Shown one piece after another: positions 1-8,942 of a DNA stretch of 64,000 nucleotides. The stretch lies in sequence record MN988561.1. One strand, written 5' to 3'. Position 1 is the first letter of the stretch. The number at the start of each line of letters is the position of its first letter. The notes below the pieces were generated by a model. That model saw nothing but the letters and a program-made list of their open reading frames with translations, was not told the origin of the DNA and searched no databases. A program made the translations under genes and the position numbers.

Positions 1-17
1 TGAACGAGATCCTGGAT

Positions 18-1355
18 ATGTATAAGTTCGTCTGGACTCAAGAGATGACGGTGGATGAATCGGACGATATCGTCAAGGTACTCGAATCACCTAACTACAT
101 TCTCCGTGATCGTGCAGGTGAAGAAGTTACTCTGAGAACATCAGGTATAAAGAAGTACTTCCCGAGTCTAGTAGTTGAAGACTTTATCGCTAAAGCTGCT
201 CAGATGCTAGGTGACGATAATGTTTCAGTCCTCGATAAAAGTATGATTCTTGCAGAACTTCAGTACAATGAAGTCACTGCATATCAGTCACTTGAGAAGG
301 CTGTCCGAGGAGTCATTCCTGGATCAATGCTTAAGCATATGGGATCAGGTCTTCGTGTATACTATACAGATCTGAGTAAGGCTTCAGTAGGTGCTGTTGA
401 CCTTGATCAACTAGTTATGGAACTCTCGGATAATGAAATCCGTAAGGTTCTGAACAAGATGATCTCAAGATCTGAGGCTTCGAAGACTAATGACGTTATC
501 AAGAGTGCTATCATTGCTCTTGGTCAGGCTAATGAGATCTCTGTCGATTATATCAACAAGATTCTCAGTCTGTACAAGTCAGTAGTTCCAACATCTACGA
601 TCAGTCTTGTTGATATCTTGAATCAGATTCCAGACGAGAATATCGTCAGTGGAGGATCTGAGATTGTATTCAACTTCATAGATCTTGCTGCATTCCCTGA
701 ACGTGATGTCATCTTGCAGTCAGGTTCTGTCTCAGTAGGTACACCAGTTTCGACTAATCCTACTGATTATAAGTTCCTGAGCTACTTGAAGGTTCCACTT
801 GAATTTGGATCTGTTAATCTTGGATCTAAATATGAGAAGGATCAGAGACTTTACATTCGAAATATCATTCCTAACTGCTTCAGAATCATCTGTAATGCTG
901 ATGCACTACAAGCGTACTATCGTTATGAGTTTACGATTTCTGATGCATTCTGGAAGATCGACACTATCAAACCTTCGACTAAACGATTTGAATACAATAT
1001 CGAATACGTAGCGAAGATCAAAGGTGTCAGCTTCAGAATGAAGATTGATAATATTCGTCATCCTGTAGCTCACAAGGACGGTGATCTGACTAAGCCTCTG
1101 ACTAAGGATACAATTATCCAACGTGATACGACAGTCTTGTCGGGTATGCTGGCTACACAAGCAGTGGTATCTGATTCTTCTGTTAGTAACTTGACTAAGA
1201 ATCTATCAGACGTTCTGACGGATGACGATATCACAGTCATCAAGAGTACAGTGATGAAGAAGAAGGCAGATACTGCCAAGATGTCACTCACTAATGACTA
1301 TATGCAACTCATCCTTGTCGGATGGCGTAAAGTCGAGCCTAAGTTCTCATTCTAA
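18..1355 (+). CDS. hypothetical protein (445 aa; possibly 5-prime partial)
   Basis: Long ORF. The frame is also open from position 3 to the window edge, so the true start may be upstream. No motif recognised. Confidence 0.7.
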   Translation: MYKFVWTQEMTVDESDDIVKVLESPNYILRDRAGEEVTLRTSGIKKYFPSLVVEDFIAKAAQMLGDDNVSVLDKSMILAELQYNEVTAYQSLEKAVRGVIPGSMLKHMGSGLRVYYTDLSKASVGAVDLDQLVMELSDNEIRKVLNKMISRSEASKTNDVIKSAIIALGQANEISVDYINKILSLYKSVVPTSTISLVDILNQIPDENIVSGGSEIVFNFIDLAAFPERDVILQSGSVSVGTPVSTNPTDYKFLSYLKVPLEFGSVNLGSKYEKDQRLYIRNIIPNCFRIICNADALQAYYRYEFTISDAFWKIDTIKPSTKRFEYNIEYVAKIKGVSFRMKIDNIRHPVAHKDGDLTKPLTKDTIIQRDTTVLSGMLATQAVVSDSSVSNLTKNLSDVLTDDDITVIKSTVMKKKADTAKMSLTNDYMQLILVGWRKVEPKFSF

Positions 1356-1364
1356 GGTGCAACC

Positions 1365-2066
1365 ATGCTTGTTTATTCTTACATCTTATACGGATGGGCA
1401 CAATCCACTATTACAGGTGGAGATGGCAGTAGTGCTAAGCGTCTAACTCTGATCAGAAAGCTTAATCAGGAGTTCAATCTGCTACCCGACTCTCTCAGAG
1501 GGAAGGGTGGCAAGAATGACTTTGATACAGCTAGAGCATTGACGACATATCTATGTCAAATGTTGAAGGTACCTCCTATCAAGTTTCCTGATCCTGCTAG
1601 TTCTATCAAGTCTATAGACCAGGCTGTACTTGTATCTGATAAACTCAGTATTGATGTCATCAACAAAGGTAGCCCAGTCTACTTTACGATGACTAAGATC
1701 ATGCAGACGATTCAGAGTTCAGGTACAGATGCTCACAGAGCATATTTCTTGTCAGCTATCATCAATATGATGTTGGCAGGTAGTAGAATGTTCTTCACAC
1801 TTGCAGCATCTCAAGGTAGCTATAACTACGATGAGTCTACTGCAATAACATCGTACATCAATCGATTTACGAAGATGAAGATCAGTACTTTTGGTAAGTC
1901 AATGACGTTCATGGAATTGAATTTCACTTCTATGACTGAACAGTTCAATAACTGCTACAGAGCTCTTGTCAGAGACTATCCGAATCTTCAGATAAGTGAT
2001 CCTAACGCATTGATTGCATCAATTCGTCAGAACATCATTCTGTATCGTATGCAGGAGATCAAATGA
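1365..2066 (+). CDS. hypothetical protein (233 aa)
   Basis: ORF tightly coupled to its neighbours (ATGA overlap with the next gene). Confidence 0.7.
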   Translation: MLVYSYILYGWAQSTITGGDGSSAKRLTLIRKLNQEFNLLPDSLRGKGGKNDFDTARALTTYLCQMLKVPPIKFPDPASSIKSIDQAVLVSDKLSIDVINKGSPVYFTMTKIMQTIQSSGTDAHRAYFLSAIINMMLAGSRMFFTLAASQGSYNYDESTAITSYINRFTKMKISTFGKSMTFMELNFTSMTEQFNNCYRALVRDYPNLQISDPNALIASIRQNIILYRMQEIK

Positions 2067-3478
2067 CCGAAACTATTTCATTGAATGAAGTAGATCATTG
2101 GGTCGAGACTAATCTTGAGGTCGAGAGCATCGTTGATGCTCTCGGTCTTAGATACAAAGAGCCTGTTGAGAAGGACTATGGATACAGCTCAAAAGTTGAA
2201 TTCACAGTAAATATCTCTCTGAACTCTGAAGGTCAAGATCTCATGATCATTGACGGTGGGTATTCATATAATAAACTCAAGATCCATGACCTGCCTGACA
2301 ATGCTCCTGTCCAACTTCAAGGTGCTATGAGAGCAGTATCGACAGATACTGACTTCAGACTGAAAACTCAGATTCCTATCCAGAATTATATTGAAGGAAT
2401 CCTTGATAAACTACCTAATTTGATCATCACTAAAGAAGACATTATCTTCTCGTCAATTTATGTATCCAATGTGACTGGATTCAAGACATTTGCTAACGAT
2501 ATGAATCGATTCGAGACAATCGAAATCGATTCCAATCCTCATGTGACATTATATGTTACTAAGGATCCTCTCGATCGTTACGTTTTAAGGTATAATCCAA
2601 CGTTCATTTTGAAGACGATTATTCATGATTGGATCTTCAAGGCTACTGGATTCAAACTGATGGCTAAGTATGGTGGAGCGATGTCGACCTTTGCATATAT
2701 GCTAGGTCATGAGATTCTTCACTATCGATTTGACCACTTCAATCCTGTTGTATCTGCAGCAATTGATTCCAAGTGTGTTGATGTAATTGCTCTTAAGAAA
2801 GCTGTCAATCCTAAAATGGCTAAGTCGATTGTAAGATCGATGAGAACTGTTGCTGAAGAAATCATGGTTAATTCCTTGATGAGTCAGCTTATGGATATGC
2901 CAGCAGTCGATAGTGGTCTAACGACAGGATCTAATGGATCAGAAGACTTTAGTTACAAGAATAAATATTATCTTGTGATTGAAGGTCGAAAGATGTATTC
3001 TCAGGATCGCAAAGGTCGTACGACTTCTCATCTTCAGCCTTTAGATATTAATTCTGAAAAATTTAGTCGTAGAATAGCGTACAGTCTTAGTCTGACTAAG
3101 TATCAGGATGATGAACAGTATCCATATGGTAAAGTAATACTTAAACCAGGACATACTCATGTAGCTATACCTGTTGCAGGTAACTATGTGACATACCCTG
3201 ATATTGTCTATCTGATGAATCTGTATGCTTCATTGACTACAGACGATTACTTCGGTAAGAAATATAAACCTAAGCCTCCGAAGATTGAGTATAAGATCGG
3301 TGATATTGTATCGACCTTCAATCATGAGATTTGCATCGTCTGTAATATAGTCAAAGCTAAAGGTGATGAACCTGACAACTTGACTCTTTCTAGACTGAGT
3401 GAACAACATCTCGACGATCTACGTAATCGTAGAGTAACAATTGAACAACTCGTTGAGATAGGGAAGAAAGATGGCTAG
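2063..3478 (+). CDS. putative zincin metallopeptidase (DUF2201 N-terminal-like)
   Basis: HEXXH motif in YMLGHEILHYRFDH followed by VAEEIMVN; sits directly upstream of a vWA gene. Confidence 0.6.
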   Translation: MTETISLNEVDHWVETNLEVESIVDALGLRYKEPVEKDYGYSSKVEFTVNISLNSEGQDLMIIDGGYSYNKLKIHDLPDNAPVQLQGAMRAVSTDTDFRLKTQIPIQNYIEGILDKLPNLIITKEDIIFSSIYVSNVTGFKTFANDMNRFETIEIDSNPHVTLYVTKDPLDRYVLRYNPTFILKTIIHDWIFKATGFKLMAKYGGAMSTFAYMLGHEILHYRFDHFNPVVSAAIDSKCVDVIALKKAVNPKMAKSIVRSMRTVAEEIMVNSLMSQLMDMPAVDSGLTTGSNGSEDFSYKNKYYLVIEGRKMYSQDRKGRTTSHLQPLDINSEKFSRRIAYSLSLTKYQDDEQYPYGKVILKPGHTHVAIPVAGNYVTYPDIVYLMNLYASLTTDDYFGKKYKPKPPKIEYKIGDIVSTFNHEICIVCNIVKAKGDEPDNLTLSRLSEQHLDDLRNRRVTIEQLVEIGKKDG

Positions 3479-4994
3479 ATTCGTTGTAAGTTCTGACGTT
3501 GTTAATCCGTACAAGGTTATCTATCACGATGAGATGCCTACAGATGATGGTGGAGATAAAGATCAAGAATATCAGGATGCTACTGATGAGTACAGTGGTG
3601 ACGTAGTTAAATCTAAATCGCCTAAACTGAAACCTCCAGAAGAAGCTCCTATTCCTGGTATGGAGAATAAAAGACCTCAGACTCAAACGATTCTAGGGTC
3701 TAATAATCCTCCAGAAGAAGATCCTCCGCCACCTCCTCCTGGTCCAACTATGGATGAGCCTGACGATACTTCTGATCCATCTCAACCTCCTTCACCTGAT
3801 GCTCAATCATCTAATGATAAGACGACTCAGGATCTGTTGAATCAAAATCCTCCTACTCCTTCAGATGACTCTGATAGTGAATTTGATGACGATGATTTCG
3901 AAGATGGAGGAGACATTGAAGGGGATGATCCAGATGCTCTACCTGATCCTTCACGACCGTCTAATCGTAAGCCAGGTGATTCGTCTATAGATAGTAATCC
4001 TGATGATACTGGATTTACTTATCCGACTTCTTTCGATGATCTCGAAGATAGTGACGGTGAAGCAGGTGAGAGTGGAGATATAGAGTCTGAAGATAGTGAA
4101 CCTGATCCATTCGATGGTATGTCTGATGAAGAAATTCGTAAGGCTATCGAAAATGCTCAGGATGACATGTCAGATGATGTCAAAGATACTCAACAGCAGA
4201 TCGATCAATCTAAAGAAGATCTAGCTTCTATGAAACGTGTCGGCAATGGTGTGAGTGGAGGAGGTGCCTCTGGTATCAGTCTTCTATCTCGTGCTAGTGC
4301 TGAGAAATTCACTAATCTTATGAAGCCATTCGATCAGTGGATCCGAGATCTGAAAGGTAAAGCTGGTCAGAATCTTGTTTACAGTACTGATACTGTTTCA
4401 AGACGTGTCAAAGGACTATTTGGACGTGAGATCGACTCTGATAGTCACAAGGGTAAGGAACTGGACAAGGTTCTAGCTATTGTGTACGATACCTCAGGCT
4501 CGATGAACGCTAAGTTGATGACCAAAATCAGTAGTAGTCTGTTCTACAAATTGACTCGTGAGAAGATTGTCAAGTATATCTTGCCAATTCACTTCGACGG
4601 TAGATTGCCTACAAAATTCTATCGTGCTATTGAAGCTACTCCTGAGATCGAGAAGATGCTCAAGAATGGTTCAGGGTCATACATCCAACCTGCATATCGT
4701 CAGTTGGAGAAATTGATCCGTGAGAATAAAAGCAAGATGAAGGTATCAGGTATTGTTATCATCTCAGACTATGATATCTTCGATGCTGTAAAGCTACCAG
4801 ACGATTTGTACAAAGAGTTGAAGGATATTCCGATCTTCTGCTTGCTAGTGGCAGATGGGAAACTGACTCCAACTAATACGTCATTAGCTACTAAGTATAA
4901 GAATCAGTCTGGTCTAGATAGCAAGATGACTTTTGCTCTATTCGATGGATTGAACGTGAAAATGTTCATGAGAAACGGAAAAGTTTTGTCATGA
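3471..4994 (+). CDS. vWA (MIDAS) domain protein with long acidic/Pro-rich N-terminal linker
   Basis: IVYDTSGSM (DxSxS) and VIISDY motifs; about 250 aa of D/E/P-rich low-complexity sequence precedes them. Confidence 0.75.
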   Translation: MARFVVSSDVVNPYKVIYHDEMPTDDGGDKDQEYQDATDEYSGDVVKSKSPKLKPPEEAPIPGMENKRPQTQTILGSNNPPEEDPPPPPPGPTMDEPDDTSDPSQPPSPDAQSSNDKTTQDLLNQNPPTPSDDSDSEFDDDDFEDGGDIEGDDPDALPDPSRPSNRKPGDSSIDSNPDDTGFTYPTSFDDLEDSDGEAGESGDIESEDSEPDPFDGMSDEEIRKAIENAQDDMSDDVKDTQQQIDQSKEDLASMKRVGNGVSGGGASGISLLSRASAEKFTNLMKPFDQWIRDLKGKAGQNLVYSTDTVSRRVKGLFGREIDSDSHKGKELDKVLAIVYDTSGSMNAKLMTKISSSLFYKLTREKIVKYILPIHFDGRLPTKFYRAIEATPEIEKMLKNGSGSYIQPAYRQLEKLIRENKSKMKVSGIVIISDYDIFDAVKLPDDLYKELKDIPIFCLLVADGKLTPTNTSLATKYKNQSGLDSKMTFALFDGLNVKMFMRNGKVLS

Positions 4995-4996
4995 GA

Positions 4997-5024
4997 AGCG
5001 AAGAGGAGGGTGCATAGCCTTCCT
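4997..5024 (+). promoter_or_regulatory. bipartite motif AGCGAA-N13-AGCCTTCCT, copy 1 (candidate phage promoter)
   Basis: Exact match; ends 9 nt upstream of tRNA-Ser. The motif is seen directly; promoter function is inferred. Confidence 0.6.
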
Positions 5025-5033
5025 CTCTTGTCA

Positions 5034-5123
5034 GGAGAGGTGCCCGAGTGGTTTAAGGGACTCGTCTACTAAACGAGCGTACGTGAAAGCGTACCATGGG
5101 TTCGAATCCCATCCTCTCTGCCA
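5034..5123 (+). tRNA. tRNA-Ser (anticodon ACU)
   Basis: GGAGAGG/CCTCTCT acceptor, G73-CCA, long variable arm, CTCGT-ctACTaa-ACGAG anticodon arm. Confidence 0.9.
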
Positions 5124-5145
5124 ATTATTAAGAATTGACTTACAT

Positions 5146-5568
5146 ATGTCTATTAGTTTGTATAACTACAAGATCAACGTCATTCGAGTTATCGATGGCG
5201 ATACGATTTATGCAGAAATTGATCTAGGATTCAATATTCGCATCAAAGATTACATTCGATTTGATGGAGTTGATACTCCTGAGACTCGAGGATCAACAGC
5301 TACTGACTTAGGTCAGTGGGCTAAGATGTATACTAGTCTTTGGCTCAGAGGTCTTGAGGGACAATTTGATGAGTTGAAGACTCTGAATCTGGATGAGGCT
5401 TGGTCTAAAGTACCTCGTTCGGATACTGGTCCATGGCTTACTAATCTTTATCTGGATAGTAAGTCATATAATGATCGTGAGAAATACGGTAGGATCCTTG
5501 GATATATCTACCGTAATGAAGCTCTGTCTTTGAATACCAGACTACTCCAAGAAGGTCTCAAGAAATAG
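5146..5568 (+). CDS. thermonuclease (SNase-like) family nuclease
   Basis: RVIDGDT, FDGVDTPE and DREKYGRILG motifs. The ORF-track start at 5083 lies inside the tRNA, so the later Met was used. Confidence 0.85.
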   Translation: MSISLYNYKINVIRVIDGDTIYAEIDLGFNIRIKDYIRFDGVDTPETRGSTATDLGQWAKMYTSLWLRGLEGQFDELKTLNLDEAWSKVPRSDTGPWLTNLYLDSKSYNDREKYGRILGYIYRNEALSLNTRLLQEGLKK

Positions 5569-5661
5569 GAGAACTCTAATGGGTGACGACTCTAGCATCA
5601 TACTTTAACCTGTAGGTTCATACAGAAGAGGACTTCCTCTTTACCTGCAGGTAAGGAGAGT

Positions 5662-5946
5662 ATGATGGATAAGTTCAATCGAGCAGTACGTAGACATCAT
5701 CGTAAACGTCTACGTGAAAATAGAAAGATCTACCACGGAGGACTCCAGTGGGTGATCGATCGTGAGAAAGCTAAGTCTTTCAGAGTAAATACTCCTACGC
5801 CATGTTCATGTCATATGTGTGGCAATCCTCGTAAGTTCTTTAAAGAACTCACAATTCAGGAGCGTAAATTCGCCTTAGATTACGCGAAGTCGAGCTCCAT
5901 TAACCTTCCTTATTGTCAGGAGGAATTGTCCTCCGATGATTTCTGA
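5662..5946 (+). CDS. small basic protein with TPTPCSCxxCGNPR motif
   Basis: AGGAG Shine-Dalgarno, Arg/His-rich N-terminus, Cys cluster. Confidence 0.7.
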   Translation: MMDKFNRAVRRHHRKRLRENRKIYHGGLQWVIDREKAKSFRVNTPTPCSCHMCGNPRKFFKELTIQERKFALDYAKSSSINLPYCQEELSSDDF

Positions 5947-5974
5947 ACCACTGAAAACTTATTCGGTTGGATTC

Positions 5975-6002
5975 AGCGAAGTCAGGGTTGGTTAGCCTTC
6001 CT
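5975..6002 (+). promoter_or_regulatory. bipartite motif copy 2
   Basis: TTC-AGCGAA-gtcagggttggtt-AGCCTTCCT, intergenic, upstream of tRNA-Lys. Confidence 0.6.
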
Positions 6003-6077
6003 TGTTACGAGGTCGAGGTTTTCGATCTTGAAGAATTCGATTTTTAGAGTACAAGTTTATAAAGAATCTCGTAATAT

Positions 6078-6154
6078 GTACGCTTAACTCAGCTGGATAG
6101 AGTAGCGACCTTTTAAGTCGTTGGTCATCGGTTCAAGTCCGATAGCGTACACCA
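6078..6154 (+). tRNA. tRNA-Lys (UUU)
   Basis: Full cloverleaf, ctTTTaa loop, CCA end. Confidence 0.95.
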
Positions 6155-6281
6155 TATTGCATACATTAGAAGACATAGTTTTTAGAGTAAATTTTGAGTG
6201 GTGTGCCTGTACCTATGGTACAGAGTGCTCGGAGATCCTCAGGTAGTTGGCGACTTGAGGATCTCTGCTACACTTTATGAC

Positions 6282-6359
6282 GGTCCTGTACGTTCAATTG
6301 GATAGACGGCTGGATTTCTACTCCGGAGGTTGGGTGTTCGAGTCACTCCAGGATCGCCA
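6282..6359 (+). tRNA. tRNA-Arg (UCU)
   Basis: Full cloverleaf, ttTCTac loop, CCA end. Confidence 0.93.
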
Positions 6360-6377
6360 TAAATTGTAGGTTATATT

Positions 6378-7016
6378 ATGGAATGCCCTTATTGTTCTAA
6401 GCTCTTTAAGAGTGAGAGATCAATGTCTGGACATAAGGGATTCTGTAAATCAGGACCCTATCGTGCAGATACGATTGATCGTAATGCAAAAGCTAAGTTT
6501 AAATTAAGAAAAGTCAGACAACCTAGAGGTGTCGACAAGAGGACTCTTCCTGCGTCTTGTAAATTCTGTGACCGAGAATTTGAAAATCTATTTCAGAAGA
6601 ATGGTCATCAAGTTAGATGTGAGAAGAATCCTAATCCAGCTGAATCGTCAGGTCCAATAGGATATAAACACACTGAAAGTACTCGAAAGAAGCTCTCTGA
6701 CGCTCGAAGAGCCTTCCTTATTGAGAACCCAGATAAGCAATTCTTCAATTATCGTGATTCTAAAGCAGAGCACGATCTTGCTAAGAAATTTGATGAAGTA
6801 GGTATCCTCTACGTAAGACAGTATCGAGGATCTGACTGGAAGAGAGCTTACAAGGCAGACTTCTATCTTCCAGAGTTTAATTACATCATTGAAGTTAATG
6901 GTGAGTTCAAGTATGAGAACGGTAAGCTGCATCAGTATTACCTAAACCGACAGAGATATATTGAATCATTTGGATATAAAGTGATTCAAGTACACGCGTA
7001 TGAAGTGTACGAGTAG
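6378..7016 (+). CDS. putative homing endonuclease (Zn fingers + NUMOD3-like + DUF559/Vsr-like nuclease)
   Basis: CxxC..H..C repeats, KHTESTRKKLS motif, YKADFY...IIEVNG nuclease motif. Confidence 0.7.
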   Translation: MECPYCSKLFKSERSMSGHKGFCKSGPYRADTIDRNAKAKFKLRKVRQPRGVDKRTLPASCKFCDREFENLFQKNGHQVRCEKNPNPAESSGPIGYKHTESTRKKLSDARRAFLIENPDKQFFNYRDSKAEHDLAKKFDEVGILYVRQYRGSDWKRAYKADFYLPEFNYIIEVNGEFKYENGKLHQYYLNRQRYIESFGYKVIQVHAYEVYE

Positions 7017-7023
7017 TTAAAGT

Positions 7024-7201
7024 ACATCTTGGACATAGCTAGTGAGTTGGTTCTTCGTGAGTCATATCGTTTCTCCTTTCGGTATGAGTGTATGACAAGC
7101 TATGAGTTCTGGCATTCTATCTACCTTTAATCCTTTTCTGTAGATAGAATAACGCACGCGTCAAGATGTTATCCTCGAAAGTCAGACAGAGGATCTCAGT
7201 T
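7024..7201 (+). ncRNA. structured RNA motif, copy A (multistem junction plus pseudoknot)
   Basis: P1 7024-32/7161-69, P2 7034-40/7098-104, P3 7114-24/7140-50, AACGCACGCG, P4 7171-76/7189-94. The P4 loop pairs with the junction TCTGGC. Confidence 0.7.
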
Positions 7202-7348
7202 TTATAATCTAGATAACGATATGCCCGATCGTTATGTTCCAGTAAGATCAAGTCTTCCTCCCAGACGTTACTCATTCCCCTCTTGAGTTTATCTTAACGC
7301 ACGCGCTAGATTATAGGTCTCTGAAAACTGGACAGGAGACCATCAGTT
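7202..7348 (+). ncRNA. structured RNA motif, copy B
   Basis: Same architecture with different stem sequences; shares AACGCACGCG, a GAAA-led 12-nt loop and TCAGTT. Confidence 0.7.
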
Positions 7349-7453
7349 CACTAGGGAGTCAGAAGTATGTAATTCCTTGTCTTACCTGGAGGTCACATGC
7401 GGGTGATCTCGGTTACTTTGAGGTTTACTACTTCTGACTCCTGCCGGATTTAT

Positions 7454-7529
7454 TCTAGGTTAGCCAAGTTGGTAAGGCACGAGTTTTTGGTGCTCGCATA
7501 CCTAGGTTCGAACCCTAGACCTAGAACCA
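7454..7529 (+). tRNA. tRNA-Gln (UUG)
   Basis: Cloverleaf, ttTTGgt loop, CCA end. Confidence 0.92.
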
Positions 7530-7574
7530 CTTTTTAGATGTTGATTAAGTTCCGTCTAACAATGAGAGAATACA

Positions 7575-7832
7575 ATGAGTAAAGCATCTGAAGTTATCAA
7601 GAAGCTGAATGAGACTAAACCTTCAGAAGATCTTCTGAAGAGCGAGGTCCAGGAAATTAAGCAGAAGATGATTAATCAAGGCATCGTCAGACCTGACTAT
7701 GCTGTTGAAAGATTTAGTCTGGTTAGTGATAGATTCAGAAATGTCTTGATACACGGTATTGTTCATGGAACAAATACTGCAGGATGGAGAGATCAGATTA
7801 AAGATTTGAGATCTCAGAATTTGATTAGTTAG
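7575..7832 (+). CDS. small protein with MSKA...LNE N-terminal peptide
   Basis: ORF between tRNAs; N-terminus shared with six other ORFs. Confidence 0.7.
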   Translation: MSKASEVIKKLNETKPSEDLLKSEVQEIKQKMINQGIVRPDYAVERFSLVSDRFRNVLIHGIVHGTNTAGWRDQIKDLRSQNLIS

Positions 7833-7906
7833 CGGACGTAACTCAGAGGTAGAGTGCAATCCTTCCAAGTTTGAAGTCGTGGGTTCGATTCCCATCGTCC
7901 GCTCCA
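7832..7906 (+). tRNA. tRNA-Gly (UCC)
   Basis: Cloverleaf, ctTCCaa loop, U73-CCA. Confidence 0.95.
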
Positions 7907-7907
7907 T

Positions 7908-7984
7908 GCATCCTTAGCTCAGTTGGTTAGAGCATCAGTTTTACATACTGAGGGTCACTAGTTCAAGTCTAGTAGGATGTACCA
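7908..7984 (+). tRNA. tRNA-Val (UAC)
   Basis: Cloverleaf, ttTACat loop, CCA end. Confidence 0.95.
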
Positions 7985-8003
7985 GTTATATTAAACTATT
8001 CGT

Positions 8004-8079
8004 GGGAGATTAGTTCAGTGGTTAGAACCGTCAGCTCATAACTGATTAAACAGAGGTTCGAATCCTCTATCTCCTACCA
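8004..8079 (+). tRNA. tRNA with CAU anticodon (elongator Met or Ile2)
   Basis: Cloverleaf, ctCATaa loop, paired 1-72. Met versus Ile2 cannot be resolved by eye. Confidence 0.9.
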
Positions 8080-8082
8080 AGT

Positions 8083-8159
8083 ACCACCTTAACTCAGATG
8101 GATAGAGTACTCGACCGATAATCGAGTTGTCATTGGTTCAAGTCCAATAGGTGGTACCA
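8083..8159 (+). tRNA. tRNA-Ile (GAU)
   Basis: Cloverleaf, ccGATaa loop, CCA end. Confidence 0.93.
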
Positions 8160-8170
8160 ACTTACTTTAT

Positions 8171-8866
8171 GTGAATAAAATGGAATGTCCTTACTGTAAT
8201 AAGATGTTCAAGAATGAAAGATCAATGTCTGGTCATAAAGGTTACTGTAAATCAGGACCTTATAGACTAGAAACAATTGATCGTAATTCTACTGCTAAAT
8301 CAAAATTAAGAAAGCCTAGATCACCTCAAGGTCCTGATAAAAGAACTCTTCCTTCAAAGTGTAAATTTTGTGAGAAGGAATTTGAGACTCTTTACCAGAA
8401 GAATGGTCATCAAGTTTACTGCGAGTCAAATCCTGATAAATCCATTCCATGTGACTGGACAGGAAAATCTCATTCAGATGAGTCTAAGAAGAAGATCGCT
8501 GAGTCTGTAAGTCAGTACTATAAAGAAAATCCTGATAAGGCTTATTATGTTAGATACCATAAGTCCTCAGGTGAGTCTTATGCTGAGAAATACTTCAGAG
8601 AAGTCTTGCCAGGATTAGACTTTATCCAAGAGTATACTGTTGGACCTTATCGTCTGGATTTTGCATTCTTGAATAAGAAGATCGACCTCGAGATTGATGG
8701 TCAATTTCATTACAGAGATCCTCGAACTATCGAGACAGATCGTAAGCGAACTGAGTATCTTCAAAGTCAAGGATGGACTGTGATCAGAGTAAACTGGTCA
8801 GAGTTTAAGAAGTTAAATCTTGAGTCTAGAACTTCTTTTATAGAAGATCTAAAGAGTCAATTATAA
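8171..8866 (+). CDS. putative homing endonuclease (Zn fingers + NUMOD3-like + DUF559)
   Basis: Paralogue of 6378-7016 over the N-terminal ~85 aa; YRLDFA...LEIDGQFH...DRKRTEYLQSQGWTVIRV is DUF559-like. Confidence 0.8.
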   Translation: MNKMECPYCNKMFKNERSMSGHKGYCKSGPYRLETIDRNSTAKSKLRKPRSPQGPDKRTLPSKCKFCEKEFETLYQKNGHQVYCESNPDKSIPCDWTGKSHSDESKKKIAESVSQYYKENPDKAYYVRYHKSSGESYAEKYFREVLPGLDFIQEYTVGPYRLDFAFLNKKIDLEIDGQFHYRDPRTIETDRKRTEYLQSQGWTVIRVNWSEFKKLNLESRTSFIEDLKSQL

Positions 8867-8942
8867 CGCAGGGTATTTCAGTGGTCAGAAGGCGAGATTC
8901 ATAACCTCGAGGTCATCGGTTCGAATCCGATCCCTGCAACCA
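8867..8942 (+). tRNA. tRNA-fMet-like (CAU)
   Basis: C1:A72 mismatch typical of initiators. The anticodon stem lacks the canonical three G-C pairs. Confidence 0.85.

Noticed and set aside
6710-6718. AGCCTTCCT half-sites here and at 22502-22510
   Set aside because: Both are inside ORFs and lack AGCGAA 13 nt upstream (AGCTCT and ACGTAG instead), so they were not counted as motif copies.
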